A DNA stretch of 64,000 nt from IMG/VR virus record IMGVR_UViG_3300037067_004901, positions 32,001 through 96,000 of that record; one strand, given 5' to 3'. The translations under genes were made by a program, and so were the position numbers. Origin of the DNA: a virus. Lineage: Duplodnaviria > Caudoviricetes. The stretch's first letter is position 1; each line of letters begins with the position of its first letter. Of this stretch, positions 1-11,662 are shown in pieces. Under the pieces are notes generated by a model that did no database searches, was not told the origin of the DNA, and was given only the letters and a program-made list of their open reading frames with translations.

Positions 1-470
1 TGCCTTTGTTCTTTAATACGTTTGTTTCCGTTTTCAAGCATTGCATTAGTGTTATTAGCTAAATTTATCAACGCATTTGCTCGCTCATATAATTTTAGCA
101 TTGTTAATCTCCTTATTTAAAATGATTTATTATTTTATCTGCTAACATACAATTACTTGATATCCATATGTGTATTGTATTATATAACGCAAATAATATA
201 CTAATGATTATAATTGGTATTATTATACATAATAAGATTATTATGAAACCTTTAACGAATAAACATATACAATCATCTGAATAGACATATGTGAATTTAC
301 TTTTATAATCAAGATATGGTCCATATTCAGTTGTTGGAAATTTCTTTTTTAAATAATTGTTATGAATTTTTCCAATAAAGTAAGGTGCTATAAAACATAA
401 ACAAAAAGCAAAAATTTCCAATATTTTTAATGCAATTACTAATGCGATTTTAAGATACATCGTTTCTCCT

Positions 471-1040
471 TTATTTTAAGTTAAGTACATCTAACGCTAT
501 TCTTGCAGTAGCCTTCATCACCTGTATTAGAGTTTTATATTCACCTATACTTATTTCGCCATTACCTGCTATTTCCATTTTTTCTATCTTCTCAAGTGCC
601 GTACGATATTTATTTAACTGTTTTTTATTTAATTCATTTGAAGCTAATAATCCTTCATACATCGCCAATGTAGTATCTAATCTTTGGTGCAATTTCTTCT
701 GTTCAGTAGGCTCTGATTTGCTTGTGCCGTTACATCCATAGCAATCTTTTATCTCTTTAAAATTATGATATTGTAACTTTCCCGTTCCTCCACATACATC
801 GCACTTCCCCTCTACTTGCGCGGGAGACTTACCAATGATACACTCTTTTGAATAATTATTGCAATTCGTGTTAGTGCAAATATCAGGACATGCAACTTGC
901 TCTTTGTGAGACAGGATGACTTTAATACAATCTTTTATTCCTTGATTATAAGCTTCAATATCATTTAGTTCTTTTTCTCCCATCCAGGTTTCTTTTTTGC
1001 ATAATTTAGGTAATTGCTCAAGTAATTTATCTCTATACAT
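471..1040 (-). CDS. Hypothetical protein with DnaJ-type zinc-finger repeats
   Basis: CDVCGGTG and CYGCNGTS (CxxCxGxG-like) motifs. Confidence 0.55.
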   Translation of the reverse strand: MYRDKLLEQLPKLCKKETWMGEKELNDIEAYNQGIKDCIKVILSHKEQVACPDICTNTNCNNYSKECIIGKSPAQVEGKCDVCGGTGKLQYHNFKEIKDCYGCNGTSKSEPTEQKKLHQRLDTTLAMYEGLLASNELNKKQLNKYRTALEKIEKMEIAGNGEISIGEYKTLIQVMKATARIALDVLNLK

Positions 1041-2008
1041 TTTTCATCTCCTTCAAGATATCATCATAAATATTATTATCTCGGAAACATTTTAATACAA
1101 AATTACGAATTTGTAGGCAACGATTTTCTACTTCGTTCTCTCTACAGGTGCATACGCACATATGATGTTTGGGTATATGATTTTCTATTATCTCTATAAG
1201 CTTCTCTTTTTTAGATATCGTAGATGGCACTTTACCAAATAAAGATTTTGCAGTTTTAATTAAAGATATTACTAAATGGTCTTTGTTCGTTTTACTTACT
1301 TTTAAGGCGTTGTCTATAATGATATTTCTTATTTCCTTTTCACTCGCCAACTCCCCGATACGACCTTCAATTTTGGCGGAGGCGAGAGCGAGTAAAGGTA
1401 TTATAAAATCATTCTGTTCTTGACAATGGTTTGCCATTATTTTTGGTGCTTCCCATTTAGATTTAAGCCCTTCAGATATTACTCTTTTATTTTCTTCTAC
1501 ATAAGAAGAAGCCTTCTTCACCGATTCTTTCAGTTGTTCGTTATTTGGTATATCATTTGGTTTCATCGAATAAACCTCCTGCTGTTTTTATGCCTTGATT
1601 AAAAGTTCGTTTACGCTCACAATCAATATGCATACAAGTAAGTCCTTTAGAAGTTTTACACACACCATCTACATAATTTTCCTAGATTAACTTCTTTAAC
1701 TCCTGTTTGGCGATGGCAAGTTCTCGTTCTCTAAAATCTTCTAAAGAAAATCGTTCTGCACAATGGTATTTTTTAGCGAAAGCTACCAATATTTCATCTA
1801 CCGTATTAATTTTTTTATTCTTCATTTCTTGGGGGGTCATTTTATAGCTCCTTTATAGTCACTTCAACTTTTTTATCATAAAAATCATATTTACTTTTAG
1901 TCAGCACTAACTCTATGCTTGGGTTACTAGGAGTATATTGTAACTTAAATTTTTTGTGCCATTGATTACCTAAATACTCTACCAACGTCTTCTTCCGTTT
2001 CTTCGCTT

Positions 2009-2674
2009 TCATTTAGGCTCCTTTGGTATATTAGTAAGAGCAGATGCAAGATAAGTTAAGTATCCTTCTGCGTTTTCAGAATGTGTATTGTGCCATTCTT
2101 TACTTGCTTCCCATAATTTTTTATTTATTTCGGGTCGTGTCATAAACTTCTCTGCCAATTGCTTTTTAAGCTTCTTATACTTTGTATGAACAATTAAGGC
2201 ATAGTCTACTATATGAGTTTTTATTTTAGTCTCTCCTGGACTAACTATATCTAATAGCATTTTAGAAGCATTGTTATATTCATCTAAAAGCAACTCTTTC
2301 TCTTTCTTTTCCTCTAATAGTTGCTTCTTTAGTTCGGCAATTTCTTGTGGCATTTTGTAACCCTTAATAATATTCCTAAGTTCATCTACCACCTCTTTCT
2401 CCACCAACTCTCCCTTTAAGAGTGAGGTAAGGATAGAGAGAGCAAATTTAACCGAACTAAGACGAGGTGGAACTGCCTCATGTTGTGATAATTCAAAATC
2501 CTCGATAGTCTGTTTCAACTGTAATTTTTTGTTTGTATCTATCACTTTATCAGGACATTTTTCACAAGTTTGACCTGCAAGAAGTTGATGATGTTTCTTA
2601 CAATAGTCTTCGGCAAGTTTAATATCTTTCCGATATTTGATGATATGATGTAAACAATTTTCTTGATTTGTCAT
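2009..2674 (-). CDS. Coiled-coil hypothetical protein, paralog of 2671-3300
   Basis: Shares GELV, EIA.LK, KQL.EKFMT..EI and ASALT blocks with its neighbour. Confidence 0.65.
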   Translation of the reverse strand: MTNQENCLHHIIKYRKDIKLAEDYCKKHHQLLAGQTCEKCPDKVIDTNKKLQLKQTIEDFELSQHEAVPPRLSSVKFALSILTSLLKGELVEKEVVDELRNIIKGYKMPQEIAELKKQLLEEKKEKELLLDEYNNASKMLLDIVSPGETKIKTHIVDYALIVHTKYKKLKKQLAEKFMTRPEINKKLWEASKEWHNTHSENAEGYLTYLASALTNIPKEPK

Positions 2675-3300
2675 TTTTTCTCCTTCGATAGAGATGTTAA
2701 CGCGGATGCAACATCATTCGATACTCTGTCTAATGTTTTTTGGTCGGGTATTAATTCTCCTATACTTATTAATAGCTCATCTTTAACTTTATTTTTAATT
2801 TCATCCAGTGTCATAAACTTCTCTAATAATTGCTTCTCAAAATTTTGATAATGTCTACAATATTTAGGTTTATATACTAAACATTTAGACATAGTTCCTT
2901 CTTCATATTTACATTTATCTTCACAACTAATACAAAGATGATATTGGTTTTCTTCTTTAAGTTTTGCGATTTCTTTTTCCAATTCTTCTACTTTATCATA
3001 TCTCTCTAAAACATCACCTATTTTATGATTTTCGAATATATTTTTATAACGAGAAATTTGTTTCTCCAATTCTTGATTATAAGCAATAGCATCTTTAATG
3101 GCTTGTGAGTGACGTTCGCAACGTTCATTTTTATTAACCAACTCACCATTCATAAATGCGCTAACAATAACGAAAGCAATTTCTTCGTATTTATTTCTTT
3201 CTTCTCCTACTTCACCGATTTCTAAATATCTAGCCGTATCTTTTATTTCTTCATTTGTGAATTGCTTCATATGAATAATTCTCCTTGTTCTATACAACAT
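2671..3300 (-). CDS. Coiled-coil hypothetical protein, paralog of 2009-2674
   Basis: Same conserved blocks plus a Cys-rich insert. Confidence 0.65.
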   Translation of the reverse strand: MLYRTRRIIHMKQFTNEEIKDTARYLEIGEVGEERNKYEEIAFVIVSAFMNGELVNKNERCERHSQAIKDAIAYNQELEKQISRYKNIFENHKIGDVLERYDKVEELEKEIAKLKEENQYHLCISCEDKCKYEEGTMSKCLVYKPKYCRHYQNFEKQLLEKFMTLDEIKNKVKDELLISIGELIPDQKTLDRVSNDVASALTSLSKEKK

Positions 3301-3326
3301 ACTTTATTGTCCATTTGCTCGATTTC

Positions 3327-3500
3327 TTATTTTGTTATCATCAACAATGTTATAAAGATGCCTATTAAAAGCGAAAATATACTCGCTAACATAAGACGCA
3401 ACATATTTTCTTGTTTTTCGCCTGTTATTATGAGCCAAACAAAAATAGCAGAACAAAACATAAAACCCAAAAGATTTACTGATAGCTTTATAAGATACAT
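3327..3500 (-). CDS. 57-aa two-TM membrane protein (not in ORF track), paralog of 9368-9538
   Basis: Hand translation MYLIKLSVNLLGFMFCSAIFVWLIITGEKQENMLRLMLASIFSLLIGIFITLLMITK. Confidence 0.7.
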   Translation of the reverse strand: MYLIKLSVNLLGFMFCSAIFVWLIITGEKQENMLRLMLASIFSLLIGIFITLLMITK

Positions 3501-3572
3501 TTGCTCGCGCCCTTTCTTATATTAAAAATAAATATAGCTTCGCACTTGATAACCGTAAACTATCATCATAAC

Positions 3573-4025
3573 CTACTGTGTGTTATATCTGTATTGAGTC
3601 TTTGCGCAAGCGTCGCCTAATCTCTTATGACATACTTTGTGCCAACCACTAACACGCTTGTTAACAGCCCATTCTTTCTTGCATTCAGGACATATCGCTA
3701 TGAACTTCTTCGCTGGCTGTATTACTGTTGCGCTATCATACGCTCTGCGCGGGGAACAACCTATTTCAACGCATTTTAATTTAAATATTCTATTATGACC
3801 ATTATAACTACCAACTAAAGCGTGCGCTATCTCGTGAAGTATAACATCAGTAACCGTTTCTTCATTATTCAATTCAACTAAACACGCCGAAAGTGTTATA
3901 GTCTGCGTTCTAAAATGAGCGCAACCAAATCTACGCTTTGCGTTATCAAAACAAAAAGTCCAATCAAGCAGATTATGCTTCTGCATTAACTTTTTTGCCT
4001 TTTTTTCGCAATGCTCAATATTCAT
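3573..4025 (-). CDS. SprT-like zinc metalloprotease
   Basis: AKRRFG motif, HEIAH zinc motif, downstream GH, C-terminal CPEC zinc ribbon. Confidence 0.85.
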   Translation of the reverse strand: MNIEHCEKKAKKLMQKHNLLDWTFCFDNAKRRFGCAHFRTQTITLSACLVELNNEETVTDVILHEIAHALVGSYNGHNRIFKLKCVEIGCSPRRAYDSATVIQPAKKFIAICPECKKEWAVNKRVSGWHKVCHKRLGDACAKTQYRYNTQ

Positions 4026-4805
4026 ATATAACCCTTATACTCGACTTCTCAGATAGTCATAACCCATTTCAACGAGTGTTTTATGCTCTTTAAATTTTAG
4101 TTGTAGCTTGTGTTTATTCTTCAGACAATTCATTATCGCATACGAAAAGAATAAACGCCTATTACGACGTTTACGACCGCTCAAATATATAAAATAACTG
4201 AGTGTGGGTTTTATCACACGTTTCCAAGTTTTGCGTTTCTCGGAAATTAATGATGGGTCTTGATACTCTAATACGTGGTCCGTTATTTTCCCGCACGTCT
4301 TGCATACTATATACGGTATGTTCTCTTGTTTACGCCCTAAAACTCGACTATCGTATTGCTTATCTTCTTTATTACTCGCTTTAAATGAAAATTTTGGGAA
4401 AACACGATTATATTCTTTTTGCGCTTCTTCATCGCCTTCTTTAATTAACTCTAACAAACGATTTTTAACTGCCTGCTTATACTGCTTTTGCTTGCTGTCT
4501 TTTAAAAGTATTTCTTCGCTTTCCTGTAACTGTGTTATAGACATTTCGCGCTGTCCTTTCGTTCTATTCTAACTCCTGCATTATAAATACAAGTTCTGCA
4601 TCTGATATACTATACTTATCTTGGAAATTGCTTATAACATCTTTACTCCAATAAGCATTGTAATTATATCGCAATAATATATCCTTTTCTAACATCTTTT
4701 GCAATATTCTCGCCAACTTACTTTTGTGTATTACAGGAAACTTCTTCATTTTTCTCGGCATATTGTTCTCACCTCGCTTTCAGTTTTAATTTACTATATG
4801 ATAAT

Positions 4806-4833
4806 AGTATATCACATAACAAACTAAATGCAA
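4806..4833 (-). promoter_or_regulatory. sigma70-type promoter
   Basis: Minus strand TTGCAT-16 nt-TATACT with extended -10 TG. Confidence 0.7.
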
Positions 4834-7561
4834 CTAGTAGGCGACGATTTACTTCACCTGCGCTATTAACTGCTCAACTTCTTTCTGATAGCTGTAATCA
4901 TTTTTGCGAATACCTAATTTCATCTTCGCTTTCTCGTAATCCATACCAGCATATTTTGATTTCTTTGCGTTCTTTAGATTACGTTCAACTGCTTCTGTAT
5001 ATTTATCGCTTAATGATTTCGCCATTTCTATTCTCCTTTCATTTCATTTTGTATTATAGCTTCTTGTATTGGAAAATGTTGCTGTATTTTACCGCAATCA
5101 GCGCAGTAAGAAAATTCTATATAATCTCCACCTTCACCTAAACCGATTGTAGCGGGTACATAACCATCATAGTTAATATCTTTATAAGTTGCAGAAAAAC
5201 AATCGCTTGTTTTTCCACTTATACTTATTATTCTATCACTTTTACAATGAATACATTTTGGCATTTTTTCTCCTTTTGCTCGACTTCTTATTTACTATCT
5301 AATTCTGAACTATCGAGACCGTACACAACAAAAGTGTTTTTTCTGTCTGTCAATTCTGCAACAACACCTTCTGTGCGTAATATATTTAACTCCTCATCAG
5401 AGCTGAATAATATCTTTGCGTTGTCTGGAATATCATTCAGTATCTTTTTTAAATCTTTAACTAACATCTATTATCACCTCACTTTCATATAATTATCGTT
5501 GCTCTCGTTTGGCTTGTTCTAATATCTCGCTAAACTTTCCATATTTTGATTTATCTACGTAGTTTATATCTTTAAATACGGGAATTAAACGATGATATCC
5601 GCGTTCTATTTTGTTATTTCTCGTCTTCTCGACAAATACAATATCAGCTTCAATAAAACGTGGTCTTACGACCAAATCATTTATGATAGCTATTGCGATT
5701 AAAAGCAAAATTCCAAAAGCAATTGCACATACACTTTCTAAATTTTTCATATCTTTCTCCTTTGTCTTATCGGTCTCCAGCACATATCTTTCTTATCATA
5801 ATAATCTATAAGACCACCGTGCTTTTCTTGTATTTGTATTGCATATTTTAATAAAGAAGATAACCCGAGTATCACATCTTTATCTATTACGCGAAACGGA
5901 TATTTATGAGCGAGAGTGTCAGTATCCTTTTTTCTTATTTTGCATAAAAAATCAAAATCATCTTTTAAATACTGTTCTCTATGATTATGCAGTTGTTGCT
6001 TTATTGAATATAAAACTTTAAAACGCTCTTTATCCGAATCTCGTGTGTCTTGCAATGCTTCTTCAATAACATTGCTCAACACAAATGCTTCGCGACCCGC
6101 TTTAAGCGTTAATGTAATATTTTTGTTTGACATATCGCAGCCTTTCTTATTTTATTTCTTCTAACTGCATTACTTGTTCTGGAATAAACATACTAAATGT
6201 CACCCAATAATATGCACGCAACGTCTTGCGTATTTTTATACCTTTTAACGTGCTATTATATAACGCTTTTGCAGAGGCATATCTGCATATGTAATCGGAT
6301 AAATTCGTTGATTGTTTTATATTGTCGAGTGAGCCATTAAGCAACGTAGCGTTACTCGTGTTACTTTCTTTATAATAGGCTTCGCGCACGCTTTGTATTT
6401 CTGAACCGTATGACAAAACGCTTTCTTTTGACTTAACTAAATCTTCGTAAACATATAAATTGGCTTGATATGCACCTAAAATTCCCATAATCATTACAAT
6501 TGCGATTATGATTGGTGCTATGCAAAATCCAGTCTTAAAATTCTTGCTTTTATCTATAAACGCCCCTAAAATAGACAACACTACAAAGAACAGCGTAAGC
6601 AATATTAAAAACATTTCAATACCCTCCCTTATCTGTTAGAGTTCATTATTTCTTCATTAAGCACGTTTTCGACTTGTGTGAAAGCCATCTCCCAAGTGTC
6701 GAAAATCGCGTTTGGCACACGCGCCATTACATTTTCACGCACTACTCGATAGTCTATACTGTCTGTTATAGAGAACTTGCTCAATTCTTCTCTAACCAAA
6801 CTTTTTATTAACTTAATATTCTTCGCACCTATGCTTCGCATATTATTTCCTTTCTTTTCTTTTCTAAACTCTATTCCTGCTCTTAAATCTTGCTCTAATA
6901 ATTCGGTATAATTATCCGCTAGTTCTGTTTTACCAGATTTTATATTTTCTAAATCTTTTTTTAAAGCTATGATTAGTTTATTTTTAAAATCTTCTATATA
7001 GTGTAGCATGTTTCTCCTTTATGATGAACAAACAGCGCCAAATAATACATTTGTCTTTTCTTGTTTTGGTAATTTTATATTTCCAACAATTTGACAAGTA
7101 GGTATCAATCGTTGTTTATTATCATCGCATTCAAATATTGCTATACCCGCATCAGCAGTATACTTTACAAACTTCACTACTTTATATTTTGCATATCCTT
7201 TTTTCGGCATTACACAAAACCCATTATAGAAAAAGTTCTCGACTTTATATAACATCATACCCTCCAAATTGGTTCGCATAATATCCCATCAGGTGTATTA
7301 GCGTGCGCAATAGCTGTCTTATCTATTGGGTCTTTTATTTTTAAAGCACTTATTGTATATTGATGTTCATTTTTTATCTGCTCATCATTTATAATACCAA
7401 CAACACCGCATACAACATATACTTTTTTACCGGCTCTTATTTCTTCTGTCTTACGAAAGAATAATTGACCACTGAATATGGGTTCTTTTTTATCTGACAT
7501 TTTTAAAAATTCTTTTACTGTTGTTCCTTTAGCAACAAGTTTATTATTTACCATTATCATT

Positions 7562-7870
7562 TTACTTGCTTTGCGCATCTCGCGACTCCTTACAGTTTAT
7601 ATCTTTACCGAGCGTAACAATTGTATATTCAAGACCGCACTTATCACATCTATACACGATAGATGTTGTGCCTAAACAAATGCGTTGTATTGTAACAAAA
7701 TAAGAATTAACGTCATTCGCACTTCCTCTTATGCTTTGCGTGTCTATTCGTTGCGGCTCTGCATAAGTTCGTGCAATCTCCTTATACTCGTGTTTACAAG
7801 TCAATACATTTGTGCAACCTGACAACAAGATACATCCAATCAACGCTATTACTAAAAACTTTTTATTCAT
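7562..7870 (-). CDS. Putative lipoprotein
   Basis: MNKKFLVIALIGCILLSGC signal peptide with lipobox; AGGAG upstream of the ATG at 7870. Confidence 0.6.
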   Translation of the reverse strand: MNKKFLVIALIGCILLSGCTNVLTCKHEYKEIARTYAEPQRIDTQSIRGSANDVNSYFVTIQRICLGTTSIVYRCDKCGLEYTIVTLGKDINCKESRDAQSK

Positions 7871-9367
7871 TTTTATCTCCTTTTTTATCATCAATAGATT
7901 TAAGACAAGTCATAGCCATTGCAAGACGCATAATGAGAGAACATTGCTCGTATTTCTTTCCGACGACTTCTTCCATATCTGTTAGTGTTGTCATATTATA
8001 TTATCTTTTCTCCTTGAAAGTTATAACCTCGCGCTCTTTCTGGTTTAAAATTACGCTTTTGCGCACCTTTTAACCATTGTTTCGCTTGTTTTTCTTTAAT
8101 ATCTTTTTTAGAATATTTCGCTAACAGCCTTCTTAAAAATTGCAATTCTTCTTCGTTTCTATAAATTTCTCGTTGGCTATAGTCTGCGCAACGCATTTGG
8201 CGTCTGTCATTTAATATTCTGCCCATTCGTTTTTTAATTTGTGCTACTGTTAATCTTTTTATCATCTTATTTTTCCTTTTACTATACAAGACTTTTATTC
8301 CATCTTCTTATCTCTTTTTCTTTCTTTACAGCACGCAACACGTGCATAAACTCCTCTTTCTGAATACTATCGAATAAATTCTTTTTCACCACTTGCTCGA
8401 CTTCATTCCCGAATATACTCACAAGTCTATTCGCTATCTGAATAGGCTTTTTCTTTAATAATTGCTGTAACTCGAACGTGCTATGTCTATGATTATCTAT
8501 CACAAACACCCTGTTCATACATCACCTCTTTGGTAGAATACCAGTCGCTAAAAATATTCTTAAAATCTTTTCGTATTTCTCTATTTCTTCTACCCAATAT
8601 TTCTTTTTTTCTTCACTTTTAGCTGTGTTATATCCAAAAACTGCGCCACCATACAAACAAGTAAACTGTCTAACAGTATGTATATTAGCTCCTGTAGCTT
8701 TAAGCTCTACTTGTCTTTCTAAATCGAAATCACATTTTATCATAGTATTAGTTTTTATTGCTTATGCGTTCAATGACTTTTATACTTTTGCATTTCGGAC
8801 ATTCTCTGTATCTTTCAATGCCACTATCAGCTTTTCGAGAACCACCAAATGGTCCACACCCGCGTGTAGCTGGGTCATTATAATGACGTGTCTTTAATAT
8901 ACCATCATGAACGAACCCGCACGCAAGACAAGCATACATAACAGTCTCCTTTTAGAAATGATAAAGTGATATAAATCCATTGATGAAATCTACACGACCG
9001 TCATCCAATATAACTTTAGTATCCATTTTTGTATACGAATCATAATTGCTTAAACACGTTCTGCATTTATCCAAGAATATTTTCTCGGCTTCTTCGTTCG
9101 AATAAAACGGTATATTTTCTTCTATCACATTATCTTTAATAACTATAACAGAGCCAAGCGCAATATCGTCTTTACCCTTAAAGAAATTGTTATGCTTACT
9201 CTTTATATAGTCAGCGAGCTTCTTAGCGCCTATAAGCGATAGTCGCGGCTCGTGTTCTCTTTGACACGCTTCGCATTTACCAGTATATATATCTCTGGCT
9301 ATATCAATATTGACTTCTCTTAACAGCTTAATGAATGGTATTTTATAATACATCGCATTGTTCTCCT

Positions 9368-9538
9368 TTATTTTATCTGTAACAGAAAAGACAGAAACAT
9401 ACCAACCCAAAAAGAGAATATACTCGCTAACATCAAGCGCATTATATTCTTTTCTCTTTCACCGCTTATTATACAGTATACATATAGTGCTGAACACATT
9501 AAAAAGCCAAACATCAATACAAGCATTCTTATAATCAT
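9368..9538 (-). CDS. 56-aa two-TM membrane protein (not in ORF track), paralog of 3327-3500
   Basis: Hand translation MIIRMLVLMFGFLMCSALYVYCIISGEREKNIMRLMLASIFSFWVGMFLSFLLQIK. Confidence 0.7.
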   Translation of the reverse strand: MIIRMLVLMFGFLMCSALYVYCIISGEREKNIMRLMLASIFSFWVGMFLSFLLQIK

Positions 9539-9551
9539 AATAGCCACCTAT

Positions 9552-9929
9552 CTATGCGAGTTTCGTATAACACATTACTTTTTCGCTTCTGTAATAATAT
9601 AATCGTATTTCTACGTTGTTAGGCTTTCGACTTGCAACTTTGCTCAAAGCAAGTCGCTCACGTGGTTCTATATAGCCGTTCTTCTTACACGTTATCCACA
9701 ACTGTCGCTTATTCTTCATCTGAACTACTATATCAATAGCACTATGCGAGCCTGCACTTCGAATAGCGAATAAAACGTCGTTTCTGTTCTTAAATGAGCG
9801 CAGTATTCGAAACTCCATCGCTTCACCTAATTTTCTATTGTTTCGACCGCGTTCTGCGTTCTGTTCATAAATCATTCGCAGGACTGTCTTATCTTCTTTT
9901 GCACAGCTTCGCACTTGCGTTCCACTCAT
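9552..9929 (-). CDS. Hjc-like Holliday junction resolvase (PD-(D/E)xK nuclease)
   Basis: GEAMEFR...RSAGSHSAIDIV...ITCKK pattern; the (E/Q)xK motif is degenerate (TCK). Confidence 0.65.
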   Translation of the reverse strand: MSGTQVRSCAKEDKTVLRMIYEQNAERGRNNRKLGEAMEFRILRSFKNRNDVLFAIRSAGSHSAIDIVVQMKNKRQLWITCKKNGYIEPRERLALSKVASRKPNNVEIRLYYYRSEKVMCYTKLA

Positions 9930-9966
9930 ATGGCTCTCGCTTTCTTTTGTGTTTCTGTATAGTAGA

Positions 9967-9994
9967 AGTATATCACGAGCGCACAGAAAGTCAA
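9967..9994 (-). promoter_or_regulatory. sigma70-type promoter heading the leftward block
   Basis: Minus strand TTGACT-16 nt-TATACT with extended -10 TG. Confidence 0.75.
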
Positions 9995-10252
9995 TGCTAA
10001 ATGTTGCCCATCATCACTACAATTACATTTAAGAATATAAAAAGTTACTTTCTGGGCAATGCGTGAGATAAGCTGATAAATAGGCTTTAAAAAGCGCAGA
10101 GAAAAGAGTATAGTATATCTACAACTAAAATGACGTGATTTGGGTCTCGGGTCTCGTGAGCGAGCCCTTCTCGGATTTTGTCTCAAAAATCAGGTAAAAA
10201 CCGTTTTACTCGCAAGTCGTTTGTCTTTAGTTCGACACCCGAGTATCAATTC

Positions 10253-10342
10253 TCGCAACTCGCAGCCACGTATCGACATACGAATATCGCAACTCGACAT
10301 TCACCAATCGACATTCACTACATATCTCTCAACTCTTAACAG
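10253..10342. repeat. Degenerate heptamer tandem repeat
   Basis: TCGCAAC, TCGCAGC, TCGACAT (x3), TCACCAA, TCACTAC with ~7-nt periodicity. Confidence 0.6.
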
Positions 10343-10975
10343 TAGATTGGTATAATCCGTTCAACTGTCAAGAGTAGAAAACTGGCTTTCGAGACTTAAC
10401 TTTCGAGAACTGGCTTTTAATAGTTGGATTTCGACATTCTATTCTCAACTATATAGAAAGTTAGTTTCTTAACGGAATAGCGGCTATAGTAAGTTCTTAA
10501 CAGAATGAACTGTAAATATGATACTCGCGTCTCGGCAATAGATAAAATCGCTTAAAAACGCTTACATTTTACGCCATTTGCTCTACTTTCTATAGGAACT
10601 AACTTTTGTTTACACAAAAAACTCGAAACTCGGATGAGCTAGTTTCACACTCAAAAGCCAGTTATTTCGCTCGGCAAAAGTTAGAAACTGGCTTTTTGTT
10701 AAGAGAATTTTTTAGTTGGTGATGTCCTAGTCTAATTACACCCGAGTGCTTTTTTCGGGTGCAGGAAAATACACTGCAAAAACACACAACAAACTACGTG
10801 AAAGTGACCAACGGTTACAAAAAAAACGACCTTCCATATGGGTGCCTGTAGGAGTCGTGGAAAATGCTAACCAAAAAAATATCTAACTTTTTATATAAAT
10901 ATATATATTCTTAACAGGAAACTTGTGCTGGTTTTGTTTAACAGATTTTTATACTTTTAACTGTTAAGAGAATTT
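10333..10975. repeat. Dispersed repeated motifs in non-coding region
   Basis: AACTGGCTTT near 10380, 10408, 10686 and inverted at 10654; TCTTAACAG/CTGTTAAGAG near 10334, 10495, 10697, 10909, 10961. Confidence 0.6.
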
Positions 10976-11137
10976 GTGTGATTTCCAATTATATAGACAT
11001 ATATCAACATAGTGCTTTTTTTCGTAACTATTGGTCACATTCGAGCGTCAAAGTGAAGTTTTTTAAATATCCATTTTTTTTACAAAATAGCTGTTTTTCT
11101 TCATTAAAACGATTTTATTTTGCAGGTTAAGATAATG

Positions 11138-11166
11138 TTGACAAGTGTATAGTATTATGATATACT
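11138..11166 (+). promoter_or_regulatory. Consensus sigma70 promoter driving a non-coding RNA
   Basis: TTGACA-17 nt-TATACT with extended -10 TG. Confidence 0.8.
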
Positions 11167-11173
11167 TCTATAT

Positions 11174-11449
11174 GTAAGCAGAGAGTTTTGCGACTTCTCT
11201 TGTTTACTCATGGTTATCGGTTGTGTTGATTACGAAAAGTAGGATAATAGTGTAAACTATGTAATTATGAGCGTAAAATTCTACATTGAACGGCGTAGTT
11301 GCTCGTAACGTGCTTACCAACACAACTCGTGTTTCGCGCAGAGTGGACATCGTGTTCACTCGCTTTCGAAGAAGAAGAAGCTGAGAATAGAAAGTGTTGA
11401 AGTTGATTCCTCCTTCACGAGTATATTTTCAGTTTCTTCTTCTTTTTTT
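11174..11449 (+). ncRNA. Candidate structured ncRNA of unknown class (~275 nt, pseudoknotted)
   Basis: Lies between promoter and terminator, no ORF; several long helices, two of them crossing. Confidence 0.6.
11369..11449 (+). terminator. Intrinsic terminator
   Basis: AAGAAGAAGAAGCTGAGAATA pairs with TATTTTCAGTTTCTTCTTCTT, followed by a T-tract. Confidence 0.7.
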
Positions 11450-11598
11450 CTGGTCAACCTTTTACATTAACCGATATAGCCACAATTCGATTAAAATGTA
11501 ATTATTTTTTTGCGAAAATTGATTGGAAGGATCCTAAATTAAGAGAATTGAAAAGTTAGCCACGGTTTGTAGTAGGCTGAGAAAAATGCTCGTTTAAA

Positions 11599-11627
11599 TT
11601 GACTTTTAGTTGTATATGTGATAAACT
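11599..11627 (+). promoter_or_regulatory. sigma70-type promoter
   Basis: TTGACT-17 nt-TAAACT with extended -10 TG. Confidence 0.6.
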
Positions 11628-11662
11628 ATAAATAAAGAAAGAAAGTTAAAAATAAAGAAAGG

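Larger units (their letters stand above)
113..9929 (-). other. Leftward block of ~25 short, tightly packed hypothetical ORFs (early/host-takeover-type region)
   Basis: Consecutive abutting or overlapping minus-strand ORFs with AGGAG/AAGGAG/GAAAGCGAG SD motifs; many Cys-rich or membrane proteins; leftward promoters at 4806-4833 and 9967-9994. Confidence 0.8.

Noticed and set aside
8952-9410. TTG start at 9410
   Set aside because: Overlaps the 9368-9538 gene; ATG 9353 with an AAGGAG SD is more plausible
9926-10355. ORFs 9926-10186(-) and 10140-10355(+)
   Set aside because: They run through promoter and repeat DNA, lack an SD and have atypical composition
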